DNA from: Eledone cirrhosa
Taxonomy: Eukaryota
Assembly (NCBI GenBank): GCA_964016885.1
Contig: OZ024741.1
Span: forward strand, 199,950,001-200,014,000
Direction: 5' to 3'
DNA length: 64,000 nt
Positions 25,244 to 39,062 of the stretch are shown one piece after another (positions within the stretch are counted from its first letter, which is position 1; every line of letters starts with the position of its first letter). A program made the position numbers and the translations under genes. The notes under the pieces were generated by a model. That model ran no database searches and was not told where the DNA came from. It was given only the letters and a program-made list of their open reading frames with translations.

Positions 25244-28200
25244 TAACTGGCAAGATTACAGAAATATTACAGAGAGAAAGTTGTGTGAGGGAGAGATCAT
25301 TGTATGACTTGCCAGCAAGACTGAAATATTACAGTGAGAAAGTTGTGTGAGGGAGGAGAGATCATTGTATGAGTTGCCAGCAAGACTGAAATATTACAGT
25401 GAGAAAGTTGTGTGAGGGAGAGATCATTGTATGACTTGCCAGCAAGACTGTGAAATATTACAGAGAAAAAGTTGTGTGAGGAGGGAGAGATCATTGTATG
25501 ACTTGCCAGCAAGACTGAAATATTACAGTGAGAAAGTTGTGTGAGGGAGGAGAGATCATTGTATGAGTTGCCAGCAAGACTGAAATATTACAGTGAGAAA
25601 GTTGTGTGAGGGAGAGATCATTGTATGACTTGCCAGCAAGACTGTGAAATATTACAGAGAGAAAGTTGTGTGAGGAGGGAGAGATCATTGTATGAGTTGC
25701 CAGCAAGACTGAAATATTACAGAGAGAAAGTTGTGTGAGGAGGGAGAGATCATTGTATGAGTTGCCAGCAAGACTGAAATATTACAGTGAGAAAGTTGTG
25801 TGAGGAGGGAGAGATCATTGTATGACTTGCCAGCAAGACTGTGAAATATTACAGAGAGAAAGTTGTGTGAGGAGGGAGAGATCATTGTATGAGTTGCCAG
25901 CAAGACTGAAATATTACAGTGAGAAAGTTGTGTGAGGGAGGAGAGATCATTGTATGACTTGCCAGCAAGACTGTGAAATATTACAGTGAGAAAGTTGTGT
26001 GAGGAGGGAGAGATCATTGTATGACTTGCCAGCAAGACTGAAATATTACAGAGAGAAAGTTGTGTGAGGAGGGAGAGATCATTGTATGACTTGCCAGCAA
26101 GACTGAAATATTACAGAGAGAAAGTTGTGTGAGGAGGGAGAGATCATTGTATGAGTTGCCAGCAAGACTGAAATATTACAGTGAGAAAGTTGTGTGAGGG
26201 AGAGATCATTGTATGAGTTGCCAGCAAGACTGAAATATTACAGTGAGAAAGTTGTGTGAGGGAGGAGAGATCATTGTATGACTTGCCAGCAAGACTGAAA
26301 TATTACAGAGAGAAAGTTGTGTGAGGAGGGAGAGATCATTGTATGACTTGCCAGCAAGACTGAAATATTACAGAGAGAAAGTTGTGTGAGGAGGGAGAGA
26401 TCATTGTATGACTTGCCAGCAAGACTGAAATATTACAGAGAGAAAGTTGTGTGAGGAGGGAGAGATCATTGTATGAGTTGCCAGCAAGACTGAAATATTA
26501 CAGTGAGAAAGTTGTGTGAGGGAGAGATCATTGTATGAGTTGCCAGCAAGACTGAAATATTACAGTGAGAAAGTTGTGTGAGGAGGGAGAGATCATTGTA
26601 TGACTTGCCAGCAAGACTGAAATATTACAGTGAGAAAGTTGTGTGAGGGAGGAGAGATCATTGTATGACTTGCCAGCAAGACTGAAATATTACAGAGAGA
26701 AAGTTGTGTGAGGAGGGAGAGATCATTGTATGACTTGCCAGCAAGACTGAAATATTACAGAGAGAAAGTTGTGTGAGGAGGGAGAGATCATTGTATGACT
26801 TGCCAGCAAGACTGAAATATTACAGAGAGAAAGTTGTGTGAGGAGGGAGAGATCATTGTATGAGTTGCCAGCAAGACTGAAATATTACAGTGAGAAAGTT
26901 GTGTGAGGGAGGAGGGATCATTGTATGAGTTGCCAGCAAGACTGAAATATTACAGTGAGAAAGTTGTGTGAGGAGGGAGAGATCATTGTATGACTTGCCA
27001 GCAAGACTGAAATATTACAGAGAGAAAGTTGTGTGAGGGAGGAGAGATCATTGTATGACTTGCCAGCAAGACTGAAATATTACAGAGAGAAAGTTGTGTG
27101 AGGAGGGAGAGATCATTGTATGACTTGCCAGCAAGACTGAAATATTACAGTGATAAAGTTGTGTGAGGAGGGGGAGATCATTGTATGACTTGCCAGCAAG
27201 ACTGAAATATTACAGTGAGAAAGTTGTGTGAGGGAGAGATCATTGTATGACTTGCCAGCAAGACTGAAATATTACAGTGAGAAAGTTGTGTGAGGAGGGA
27301 GAGATCATTGTATGAGTTGCCAGCAAGACTGTGAAATATTACAGAGAGAAAGTTGTGTGAGGAGGGAGAGATCATTGTATGAGTTGCCAGCAAGACTGTG
27401 AAATATTACAGAGAGAAAGTTGTGTGAGGAGTGAGAGATCATTGTATGACTTGCCAGCAAGACTGAAATATTACAGAGAGAAAGTTGTGTGAGGAGGGAG
27501 AGATCATTGTATGACTTGCCAGCAAGACTGAAATATTACAGTGAGAAAGTTGTGTGAGGGAGGAGAGATCATTGTATGACTTGCCAGCAAGACTGAAATA
27601 TTACAGAGAGAAAGTTGTGTGAGGAGGGAGAGATCATTGTATGAGTTGCCAGCAAGACTGAAATATTACAGAGAGAAAGTTGTGTGAGGAGGGAGAGATC
27701 ATTGTATGACTTGCCAGCAAGACTGAAATATTACAGAGAGAAAGTTGTGTGAGGAGGGAGAGATCATTGTATGACTTGCCAGCAAGACTGAAATATTACA
27801 GAGAGAAAGTTGTGTGAGGAGGGAGAGATCATTGTATGAGTTGCCAGCAAGACTGAAATATTACAGTGAGAAAGTTGTGTGAGGGAGGAGAGATCATTGT
27901 ATGACTTGCCAGCAAGACTGAAATATTACAGAGAGAAAGTTGTGTGAGGGAGAGATCATTGTATGACTTGCCAGCAAGACTGAAATATTACAGAGAGAAA
28001 GTTGTGTGAGGGAGAGATCATTGTATGACTTGCCAGCAAGACTGAAATATTACAGTGATAAAGTTGTGTGAGGAGGGAGAAATCATTGTATGACTTGCCA
28101 GCAAGACTGAAATATTACAGTGATAAAGTTGTGTGAGGAGGGAGAGATCATTGTATGACTTGCCAGCAAGACTGAAATATTACAGTGATAAAGTTGTGTG

Positions 28201-31070
28201 AGGGAGAGATCATTGTATGACTTGCCAGCAAGACTGAAATATTACAGTGATAAAGTTGTGTGAGGGAGAGATCATTGTATGACTTGCCAGCAAGACTGAA
28301 ATATTACAGTGATAAAGTTGTGTGAGGGAGAGATCATTGTATGACTTGCCAGCAAGACTGAAATATTACAGTGAGAAAGTTGTGTGAGGGAGGAGAGATC
28401 ATTGTATGACTTGCCAGCAAGACTGAAATATTACAGAGAGAAAGTTGTGTGAGGAGGGAGAGATCATTGTATGACTTGCCAGCAAGACTGAAATATTACA
28501 GTGAGAAAGTTGTGTGAGGAGGGAGAGATCATTGTATGACTTGCCAGCAAGACTGAAATATTACAGTGAGAAAGTTGTGAGGGAGGAGAGATCATTGTAT
28601 GACTTGCCAGCAAGACTGAAATATTACAGTGATAAAGTTGTGTGAGGGAGAGATCATTGTATGACTTGCCAGCAAGACTGAAATATTACAGTGATAAAGT
28701 TGTGTGAGGGAGAGATCATTGTATGACTTGCCAGCAAGACTGAAATATTACAGTGAGAAAGTTGTGTGAGGGAGGAGAGATCATTGTATGACTTGCCAGC
28801 AAGGCTGAAATATTACAGAGAGAAAGTTGTGTGAGGAGGGAGAGATCATTGTATGACTTGCCAGCAAGACTGAAATATTACAGTGAGGAGGGAGAGATCA
28901 TTGTATGACTTGCCAGCAAGACTGAAATATTACAGTGAGAAAGTTGTGAGGGAGGAGAGATCATTGTATGACTTGCCAGCAAGACTGAAATATTACAGTG
29001 AGAAAGTTGTGTGAGGGAGGAGAGATCATTGTATGACTTGCCAGCAAGACTGTGAAATATTACAGTGAGAAAGTTGTGTGAGGAGGGAGAGATCATTGTA
29101 TGACTTGCCAGCAAGACTGAAATATTACAGAGAGAAAGTTGTGTGAGGAGGGAGAGATCATTGTATGACTTGCCAGCAAGACTGAAATATTACAGAGAGA
29201 AAGTTGTGTGAGGAGGGAGAGATCATTGTATGAGTTGCCAGCAAGACTGAAATATTACAGTGAGAAAGTTGTGTGAGGGAGAGATCATTGTATGAGTTGC
29301 CAGCAAGACTGAAATATTACAGTGAGAAAGTTGTGTGAGGGAGGAGAGATCATTGTATGACTTGCCAGCAAGACTGAAATATTACAGAGAGAAAGTTGTG
29401 TGAGGAGGGAGAGATCATTGTATGACTTGCCAGCAAGACTGAAATATTACAGAGAGAAAGTTGTGTGAGGAGGGAGAGATCATTGTATGACTTGCCAGCA
29501 AGACTGAAATATTACAGAGAGAAAGTTGTGTGAGGAGGGAGAGATCATTGTATGAGTTGCCAGCAAGACTGAAATATTACAGTGAGAAAGTTGTGTGAGG
29601 GAGGAGGGATCATTGTATGAGTTGCCAGCAAGACTGAAATATTACAGTGAGAAAGTTGTGTGAGGAGGGAGAGATCATTGTATGACTTGCCAGCAAGACT
29701 GAAATATTACAGTGAGAAAGTTGTGTGAGGGAGAGATCATTGTATGACTTGCCAGCAAGACTGAAATATTACAGTGAGAAAGTTGTGTGAGGAGGGAGAG
29801 ATCATTGTATGACTTGCCAGCAAGACTGAAATATTACAGTGAGAAAGTTGTGAGGGTGGAGAGATCATTGTATGACTTGCCAGCAAGACTGAAATATTAC
29901 AGTGAGAAAGTTGTGTGAGGGAGAGATCATTGTATGACTTGCCAGCAAGACTGAAATATTACAGTGAGAAAGTTGTGTGAGGGAGGAGAGATCATTGTAT
30001 GACTTGCCAGCAAGGCTGAAATATTACAGAGAGAAAGTTGTGTGAGGAGGGAGAGATCATTGTATGACTTGCCAGCAAGACTGAAATATTACAGTGAGAA
30101 AGTTGTGTGAGGAGGGAGAGATCATTGTATGACTTGCCAGCAAGACTGAAATATTACAGTGAGAAAGTTGTGAGGGAGGAGAGATCATTGTATGACTTGC
30201 CAGCAAGACTGAAATATTACAGTGAGAAAGTTGTGTGAGGGAGAGATCATTGTATGACTTGCCAGCAAGACTGAAATATTACAGTGAGAAAGTTGTGTGA
30301 GGGAGAGATCATTGTATGACTTGCCAGCAAGACTGAAATATTACAGTGAGAAAGTTGTGTGAGGAGGGAGAGATCATTGTATGACTTGCCAGCAAGACTG
30401 AAATATTACAGTGAGAAAGTTGTGAGGGAGGAGAGATCATTGTATGACTTGCCAGCAAGACTGAAATATTACAGTGAGAAAGTTGTGTGAGGGAGAGATC
30501 ATTGTATGACTTGCCAGCAAGACTGAAATATTACAGTGAGAAAGTTGTGAGGGAGGAGAGATCATTGTATGACTTGCCAGCAAGACTGAAATATTACAGT
30601 GAGAAAGTTGTGTGAGGGAGAGATCATTGTATGACTTGCCAGCAAGACTGAAATATTACAGTGAGAAAGTTGTGTGAGGGAGAGATCATTGTATGACTTG
30701 CCAGCAAGACTGAAATATTACAGTGAGAAAGTTGTGTGAGGAGGGAGAGATCATTGTATGACTTGCCAGCAAGACTGAAATATTACAGTGAGAAAGTTGT
30801 GAGGGAGGAGAGATCATTGTATGACTTGCCAGCAAGACTGAAATATTACAGTGAGAAAGTTGTGTGAGGGAGAGATCATTGTATGACTTGCCAGCAAGAC
30901 TGAAATATTACAGTGAGAAAGTTGTGAGGGAGGAGAGATCATTGTATGACTTGCCAGCAAGACTGAAATATTACAGTGAGAAAGTTGTGTAAGGGAGAGA
31001 TCATTGTATGACTTGCCAGCAAGACTGAAATATTACAGTGAGAAAGTTGTGTGAGGGAGATCATTGTATG
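25244..31070 (+). repeat. 62-67 bp (consensus 65 bp) tandem satellite, ~90 units
   Basis: Unit gatcattgtatgacttgccagcaagactgaaatattacagtgagaaagttgtgtgaggagggaga; variants differ in the gagg/gga tract and a tg insertion. Confidence 0.98.
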
Positions 31071-31356
31071 GTTTCATTCTAATAAATCAACTATGGAAAA
31101 ACAGTTTAATGGGAAATTACTATGAAATTAGATGGAATGCAGTTTAAGTGTCTATGTGAATGTTGAACTACATTGTTATATTTTGGTCAAAACTTCTCGA
31201 CTGAGTTTCCCAGTTTGCAATTTAATCAAAAGTGTGGATAAATGGCTTGTAGTAGCTGTTCAGGGCATGTTTAAGGATTTAAACAGTACAGTGCAGTGTG
31301 ATCAAATTCAGAACTTCATAGTTGCAACCACACATTTTTTCTTAATTGTTATACAT

Positions 31357-31596
31357 TTAACCCTTTCATTACCATATTTCTAAGGTGTTTCAATTAATTT
31401 TGGAAAATAACTAAAAATCTGCAGGAATTTAATAAAATAACTAACTTTTTCTTTAGTAGGCTGATGGTTAGAAAATTACTTAATAAAAATTCCTAAAATG
31501 AAATTATGTTGGAAGATTTTATAAGGCTTTTTAAATGAGTAATTTTGTACCATAAATCCTGAATTTTTTTGTGTAATTTGGTATCAAAAGAGTTAA
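31357..31596. mobile_element. TTAA-flanked MITE (piggyBac-like ends)
   Basis: ttaa|ccctttcattacc ... ggtatcaaaagag|ttaa, homologous to 13664-13896. Confidence 0.6.
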
Positions 31597-32142
31597 ACAA
31601 AATTATTAAATTAACTGTCATCAGATTATATATGCCATCTGATTTTTATTGCAGTATACCAAAACTTAATCTGTCAAAGGATGTTTGCTAGTTGAATGCT
31701 TTCAGTACTTGTTTATTGGTTAAAAGTAAGGCATCAATTGAAGCATAATCAACAAAATAATTAGGTGATGAAACTATGTCCATGTAGGATTGTTGCTGAG
31801 AGGTTGAAAACAACTGAGTTGTAAAAGCTGAGGCTTAGAATATCTCAACAAGATAATAAAATAGTCATAATGATGGTCATAAAAAGTATGAATGTAATGT
31901 AATCCTAATATATTTTTTTAAGATAATTCAATATTTTATTTCAGTGAGGCTTGAAGAATTTGTGGATAGTTTTGAGAAATTCATAATCACAAGATAAATT
32001 GTCTGTCAACAGGCATTTATAAATTGGTTGTGGTGTACTTAAGAAAATCTTTTTAGGAACCATGCATGAAATGTTCAAATTTAAGAATAAAGGCAAATTT
32101 AACAATAATATTTATTTCTGGAAATATAAAAAAAAATATTCA

Positions 32143-34725
32143 TCATTATCATTATCATCATCATCGTTTAACGTCCATTTTCCACGCTAACATGGGTTAG
32201 ATGGGTCGTCCCATTTGAGGTAAGTTGGGTCAGGTGATTGTGTTTTTCTCACATAGGACTGTTTTTGGCTAGGTTTCTACAGCTTGATGCCCTTCCTAAT
32301 GCCAACCACATTCACAGTGCGTGGTGGGTGCTTTTTGCTGTGACTCCTACACAACCACTTTATAGTGTGTGCTGGGTACTTTTTGTTGTGACACCTACAT
32401 GACCATTTTACAGTGTAGGCTGGATATGTTTTGTTCACAGTGTAATGGTGGTGTGGACAGAAGTGGGTGGAGGTATAGTGATTAAAAGGTGCCTACTAGG
32501 GATATGTTTGTGTCTGTGCACCTGGAAAGGCATGTCTTCTGTATTACTGTGTAACGCCAAAGATCTCGATCCTGTGTCATTGTCTTTGAGAGGTTCAGTT
32601 GTGCAAGGTCAGTTTTTATCACCTCAGCTCGGGTCTTCCTACTCAAAGGCTTCCATCAATTTTGACCATCCTGCACATTTTTATACTGTGTCATCCTTCA
32701 TACTCATCACATGACCATACCAATTCAATCTCTTCTCTAGCATACTGCATCTGATCCCTCTTATACCTAATTTCTCTCTTAGTTATTTACACTTTGCCAT
32801 TCATGTATATTACTATTACACATCCATCAGAGCATGCAAGCTTTGCCATTCATATATATTACTATTACACATCCATTGGAGCATGCATGCTTTATTTCTT
32901 TCCAGTCTTCATAGGTCCTCTACACACAGTGCCCAGGTCTCACTAACATTGTTGTTCGAATACAGGCATCATACAACCTGCCCTTCATTTTAAGGGAAAA
33001 ATCTTTTCTAGCTAGTAGCGGTAGTAGCTCTCTGAGCTTTCTCCATCCTGTTCTTATTCTGGCTACTCTACTTTTGGAACACCCTACTCCACTGCTGATT
33101 ACATCACCCAGGTAACGGAAAGAGTCGACTATCTCTATAGCACCGTCTGGGCAAGTGTCCTGTGGGCACTTGTTACTTACTGCACCCGAGCATCGGCCAC
33201 ATATAAAACTTACGTACTTTGCTAGCCTCCCTGTGAACCCACATCTTTTATGAACCCATAGCTTGCATTTAGGACATTTGATGAAATTTCTACCTACTCC
33301 TAACATGCACACTGAACAATGCCATTTTTAAGAGGGGCTCTGGGCCCTGTTTTCCTTTCTACATACTAGGACTTTAGTCTTTGACAAGTTAACTTTAAGA
33401 CCTTTTGATTCTAGGCCATACCTCCAGGTTTGAAATTTATTCTTTAATTCTGCCATAGATTCAGTTATGAGAGTTAGATCATCTGCATACAGACTTGCCA
33501 GGGGCAGCCAGTCTTAAACTCTTCTGTTATAGCCTGGAGGGCAATAATAAACAGAAGGGGGATAAGGATGGAGCCCTGATGAACACTTACCTGTATTCTA
33601 AATTCTTCACTATTGTCATTGTTAATTCTAACCTTTCTGACTGTTCCTCTAAACATTGCTTGTATAGCTTCCACAAGCCACTCATCTACTCCTAGTATTC
33701 TAAGAGCCCACCAGATAATGGAGCGGGGGACTCTGTCAAAGGCTTTCTCCAAGTCAACAAAGGGTAAGTAGAGGGGTTTACTTTTAGCTGAGAACTTCTG
33801 CAGTTGCCTCACAAGGAAGAGAGCATCTGCTGTAGTTTTACTTGGCACAAATCCAAACTACATTTCATCAAGGTTAATTTAGTCCCTAATCAGCTGTGTG
33901 ATGACTTTTTTGGTGACCTTCATAACCTGGTCGACCAACTTAATGCTTCTATAGTTTTCTCTCTCTAGAGCATGCTCTCTCTGATGCTGCTACACCAGTC
34001 ATTTGGATATGACCCCATTTTGTATTAGTTGGTTTCTATACGGGTGACTATGATATTACTTATTATCCCAGATGTTTTCAGCATCTCAGCAACTTGCCCG
34101 AAGGTCCAGCTGCCTTGCCTGTCTTCATATCTTTGATTGCCTTACTTACTATACTACTACTAACTAGCACAGCCGGTCCCTCTCTTGGGGCAAACTATCT
34201 ACATCCCATTCATTCTTCTCATTTAGTAGTCTTTCATAGTAGCACTTCCATGCTGCTTGGATTGGCAGTATCGGTAGAAGGTCGGGCGCCATGCTTTCCA
34301 GCATAGTTACGTCCCTTTACGATCTGAGTTCAAATCCCGCCGAGGTTTACTTTGCCTTTCATCCTTACGGGGTCGATAAAATAAAGTACCAGTAATGTAC
34401 TGGGATAATTGCTGGCCTTGTGCCAAAAGTAGAAACAATTATTGAGGGCAAGCACACCATTATCATCACAGACACACTTCTCCTCAACAACATTACAATT
34501 TTCCTTGACACATTGTCTTGCAATCCTGAACACCACACCTATGGTTATCTCGTTTCATAGTATGCTTGAATTTTTTATTTTCTGCTTCCCTTCTTGCAAG
34601 GTATACATACTTGTTGCCTAGCTTCTCTCCTAGCCACCTGGTATTGTTCTCTACTTCCTCGCTCCTGCCATTCTTTCCATGCCCGCCTTTTAGCCTACTG
34701 TTCCACCACCATGTCACGCTCCTTA
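32143..34725 (-). mobile_element. Degenerate RTEX-like LINE (RT to 3' end, (ATG)n tail) with a nested SINE at 34260-34441
   Basis: FVDLEKAFDRVPR, VHQGSILIPLLF, CPKCKLWVHKRC, FRYLGD on the - strand; (cat)n at 32143-32165. Confidence 0.9.
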
Positions 34726-36655
34726 GCAAATGGAATATTAAACTCTTACAAGGTAAGAAACAGGAACTTGTGGCAGAAATCTGATGCTACCAACTAGATA
34801 TAGTCAGAGTTTCCTCTACAAAGTTCCATGGCTCTGGTACTGTAGATTTGATGGAGGATGGAAACTCCATTATTCTTGGGGGGTGTAAGAAATGACTACA
34901 CAGGTAGGAGTGGGGATGCTTACAAGCCCTTGGCTGTCAGAATGTGTTATGGACTGATCCCATTGGGAGGGAGGATTTATCTCTTGAAGCTTAGGCTGAA
35001 AAAAAGGTCTCTGTTGGTGGTGCAAATTTATGCACCGAATAGTCTGAATACAGATCCTTTCTTGATGTTACTGCAGTGTTAGATGTAATTAAGAGTCATA
35101 TATCCTAATAGAAGACCCCAATGCACATGTTGGCACTGACCACCTGACATAGAAAGGACTGATCGGAAAGAATGGCGATCTCTATCTAAATACGAATTAA
35201 GAGACCTTATTAGACATCTGTTCTAGTAATGGGCTCTCTATTATGAATACCTTCCAGTACAAAGACATCCATAAATAGACATGGTATAAGGGGAATCGAA
35301 GACTGTTATCTCTGATTTCTTCGATTCTGTGTTGGATGTTTGTGTAAGAGAGGAGCTGAGCTGTCAACTAATCACTATCTAGTTATCTGTAACTTGAGTC
35401 TATCTAAAGCCTAGTAAACTCACAAAACTGGCAGGTCCAGCTTAACCTATAGGATAAAGTAGGAAGCACTGACTGATAAGGTGGTCAAGACCAGGTATGC
35501 GGATACTATTACATCCAAATTCAAAAATCTCGCTGAGCAAACTGAGGAGATGAAAGTAGAGTTGAGACTGTCCAACTCTGCAGTTTCTGCTTCAGTTGTT
35601 AAATGCTGTGAGCAAAAGCAGATTGGTGTGGTGCTAGTGGGCAAGAGGGTCCCTTGATTCAATCAAGTGGTCAAGAACAAAGAAGAAAGCTTACACAGCT
35701 TGGCTTGGAAATAATTCCTCCTCCTTACACTTGCAGTATAAGCAGGCATGAAAAGTTGCAGTGGAGACCATAAAGGTGTCTAAAGTTAAGGCATGTGAAG
35801 TCTTTGAAGTTAAGCTGGGTTCCAACTTCAGATCAGCAAATAAATTATTCTGGCAGACAATCCGCTGACTTCGTAATAAGAAGTGTCCTTACATGCTCAC
35901 TATCAGGAATGCATCAGAGGTTCTTATCTCTTTGAGAGTTAGAGAATATTTTGCTGATCTTCTAAATCTGGTCACAACATTGTCTGATGTACATGGAAGC
36001 AATGACTAACATCTTGGAGGCTGAGGCCACCAGAACAATTAAAGAGCTGAAATGTGGTAAGGCCTCTGGGGAGGATGAAATTTGGCCTGGGATGTTAAAA
36101 GCCTTAAATGGAGAAGGTACTATCTAGCTGACTTGTGTGCTTGGTAGCCTGGATTTTGGTGAAGGCACCTAAGCAATAATTGTAGGAGTATTGCTAAGAG
36201 GTATATGCTTGTTTTGTAGACCTCGAAAAAACAAGACTATTCAACAGGACCTACTATGGAAGGTTCTGCAGGAGTATGAGATCAATAGACAGTTTCTTGG
36301 TGCCCTGATGTCTCTATATGAATGCCCTAATATTTGTGTATGTCAAAACCAATCAATGTGGGCGTTGGACTCTGCCAAGGGTGTATACTGTCACCTCTCC
36401 TGTTCATAATCTTCATGAATGTGATTGATATGCGTAGCCAGGTTGGAGTAGGTATCAAGACTAGTGGGTGTAGGGTCAGATGGTCGGAATTTGCAGAGGT
36501 CATGGTACTACTTAATTCATCACAAGGTGATCTTTGACGTGCAAGAGTGAAAATTAGTGCTGCAAAGACTGAGACACTTGTCCTTTCAAAGAAGTCTGTG
36601 CAGTGCACTCTATGTGTGAGTGAAGTTCCACTGAAGCAGGTGGAGATGTTCAAGA
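34726..36655 (+). mobile_element. Heavily decayed RTE-clade LINE (endonuclease + RT)
   Basis: WNI..GKKQELVAE, VVQIYAPN, GVGLCQGCILSPLLFIIFM fragments in order. Confidence 0.8.
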
Positions 36656-36659
36656 TGTA

Positions 36660-36900
36660 ACGCTAAACTCCGCCAGTTGCAGACTGCGCATTAATATGTG
36701 ATATGTCTCTCCACAAAGTTCGATCACCAGCAGCAGAGTTCAAAGAGCAAAGATCAAATCCAGTCCATAAGTTGACATTGTCAAGCCATTGTTTTGGCTG
36801 CCGGCCTCTGCTTCTGTTACCAGCCAACCTTCCTGCCAGGCATAACCTACTCACACCATGAGTTAATCTTTTTATATGGCGGTATTTTTGAGTACTCTTG
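36660..36900 (-). mobile_element. 3' fragment of an RTE-clade LINE
   Basis: GRLAGNRSRGRQPKQWLDNV..DRTLWR. Confidence 0.65.
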
Positions 36901-37034
36901 ACTTGACAATTGATTTATATTAACATATATATAAATATTCTGCTCTATGCATGATGATGCTTCTGGGATTGCTGACCTAAGATGACCCCAGTCCCATCGA
37001 GCAAGAGAAAGAAGAAGATATATATATATCTATA

Positions 37035-37630
37035 TTTAAAACAACAAGAGGAGGCCAGACTGGTAGATATGCTGTACATTTTAATTCCATGAAATCACTA
37101 TACATATTTCAATGGCCCAGCTCCATCTTCCATTTATGATGCAAGACAGGACGGTCTCATCAGGTAACTTCAACAGAATTACAAAACAGATTACATAGAA
37201 CCCATACTTATCATAGAACATAGGGAAAGGAGAATAGCAAGCTATCTTTACACAATACAAGTCATTTTACAGATAGTCCCCAAATCAAATTTTTCATTTT
37301 TTACTTTTCAATTTTTCAACTTGCTATTCTCTTTTCCCTATCTTCTACACTAAGTATGGGTTCTACGTAATCTTCATTTATAATTCTGTTAAAGTTATGT
37401 AATGTGACCATCCTGTCTTGCATCATAATTGGATGATGGAGCTGGACCATTGAAATATGTATAGTGATTTCACAGAATCACAATTTACATCCTATTGTTG
37501 TTTTAAATACTTTACTGTGTTTCCTGTGCCAAACACTGGCTACCACTTCTACGATTGATGATGTCCATAACATTGAGTGCTTTATTAATTTGTTGCATCA
37601 TGATTTGTCTACCAGAACCACCAGTTCTAC
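37035..37630. repeat. Imperfect inverted repeat (arms ~37035-37241 and ~37320-37508), probable old Penelope pseudo-LTR pair; further direct copy at ~40380-40745
   Basis: gaaatcactatacatatttcaatgg..gagaatagcaag mirrors cttgctattctc..ccattgaaatatgtatagtgatttc; hammerhead core intact in the left arm. Confidence 0.8.
37092..37170 (-). ncRNA. Type I hammerhead ribozyme with extended stem II
   Basis: aagttac CTGATGA [46 nt, partly self-complementary] GAAA tatgta TA gtgattt; stem I aagttac/gtgattt pairs fully allowing G-U. Confidence 0.6.
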
Positions 37631-37894
37631 ACTTAGCTGATCAAAATAACTTAAATGGAATTTATCTCCTGTTACAGTTGAGAGCTTTTGATGTAATGTA
37701 GAACGCAGGCCACAACCAAACCATTGGAAGATCTAATACAGAAGAACTGCTGACTCCTAGCCTTCCTCGTATCTCGAACCTAGCCATACACAGCTACCTA
37801 ATCCCACATGAACCAGATTATGATTTGACGAACTCTCTAGATCGCTGGCTTTTTCACCTTTCTGCTTGAAAGCATGGAATTTAATCTAGTGTCT

Positions 37895-39062
37895 TCATCA
37901 TCATCATCATCATCATCACCGTTTTACGTCCGTTCTTCCACGCTAGCATGGGTTAGATGGGTTGTCCTGTTGTGTGCAGTGTCTGGTCGGCTGACCATGC
38001 CTTGCTCATACAGGAACTGATCTGGCTTGATTTCTACAGCTGGATGCCCTTCCTAACACCAACCTCATTTACAGTTAGTGCTGGGTGCTTTTTCGTGGCG
38101 CCTACACGTCCACTTTACAGTGTGGGCTGGGTGCTTTTTTGCCGTGGCACCTCCACGACCACCTTGCGGTGGGGGGAGTGGGGGGCATATTGTTTATATG
38201 CTTCAGCATGTACCCATGGGAGGTCGGGTACCCTGTATTACTGCGTGACGCCAGAAGTCATGGTTGTGTGTCATTGTCTTTGAGAGGTGTAGTTGGGTAA
38301 GGTCGGCTTTTATCACCTCATCCCAAGTCATCTTGGGTCTCCCCACTCCGCGGTTTCCATCAACTTCTAGTGCTCTGCACCTTTTTATGCAGCTGTCATC
38401 CTTCATACGCATCACATGTCCATACCAGCGTAACCGCCTCTCCTGCACGCAGCATTTGATTCCTCTTATGCTCAGTCTCTCTCTCAATTCCTTTATGCTT
38501 TGTCGTTCACGTATATTACTGTTACACATCCATCGGAGCATGCAGGCTTCGTTTCTCTCTAATCTACGTAAGTCTTCCACCTTCAGCGCCCAGGTCTCAC
38601 TACCATGCAACATCGCTGTTCGGATACACGCATCATACAGTCTGCCTTTCATTCTGAGGGAGAAGCCTTTTGCAGCTAGCAGTGGTAGTAGTTCCTTAAA
38701 CTTCTTCCATCCCGTTCTTACTCTAGTTATTGTACTTTCTGAGCACCCACCTCCGTTGCTAATTCGGTCACCTAGGTAGCAGAAGCTGTCTACTGTTTCT
38801 ACAGGGCCCTCCCAGAGATTGGTGGTACTTGTTTCCTGTGGCTGTTTGCTTGCTGTTTCAGCACAGCTGCTGCATGTGAATCCTACATTCTTAATTAAGC
38901 TTCCTGAGATCCCGCTACATCTCTTGTGTACCCATTGTTTGCATTTGGGGCAGAGAATGGAGTTCCTACCTACACCTTTCCTACATACTGAGCAAGGCCA
39001 TTTCCCTGAGGGGATCTGGGTTCTGTTTTCTCGTCTACTTACAAGGACCTTTGTCTTGTCTA
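37895..39062 (-). mobile_element. Young 5'-truncated RTEX-like LINE with (ATG)n tail
   Basis: Open frame KGRLYDACIRTAMLHGSETW..RRLRWYGHVMRM..GRPKMTW; (cat)n at 37895-37918. Confidence 0.92.

Noticed and set aside
25244-31070. CRISPR-like regular array
   Set aside because: Units are contiguous near-identical tandem copies with no unique spacers and no cas genes; eukaryotic context
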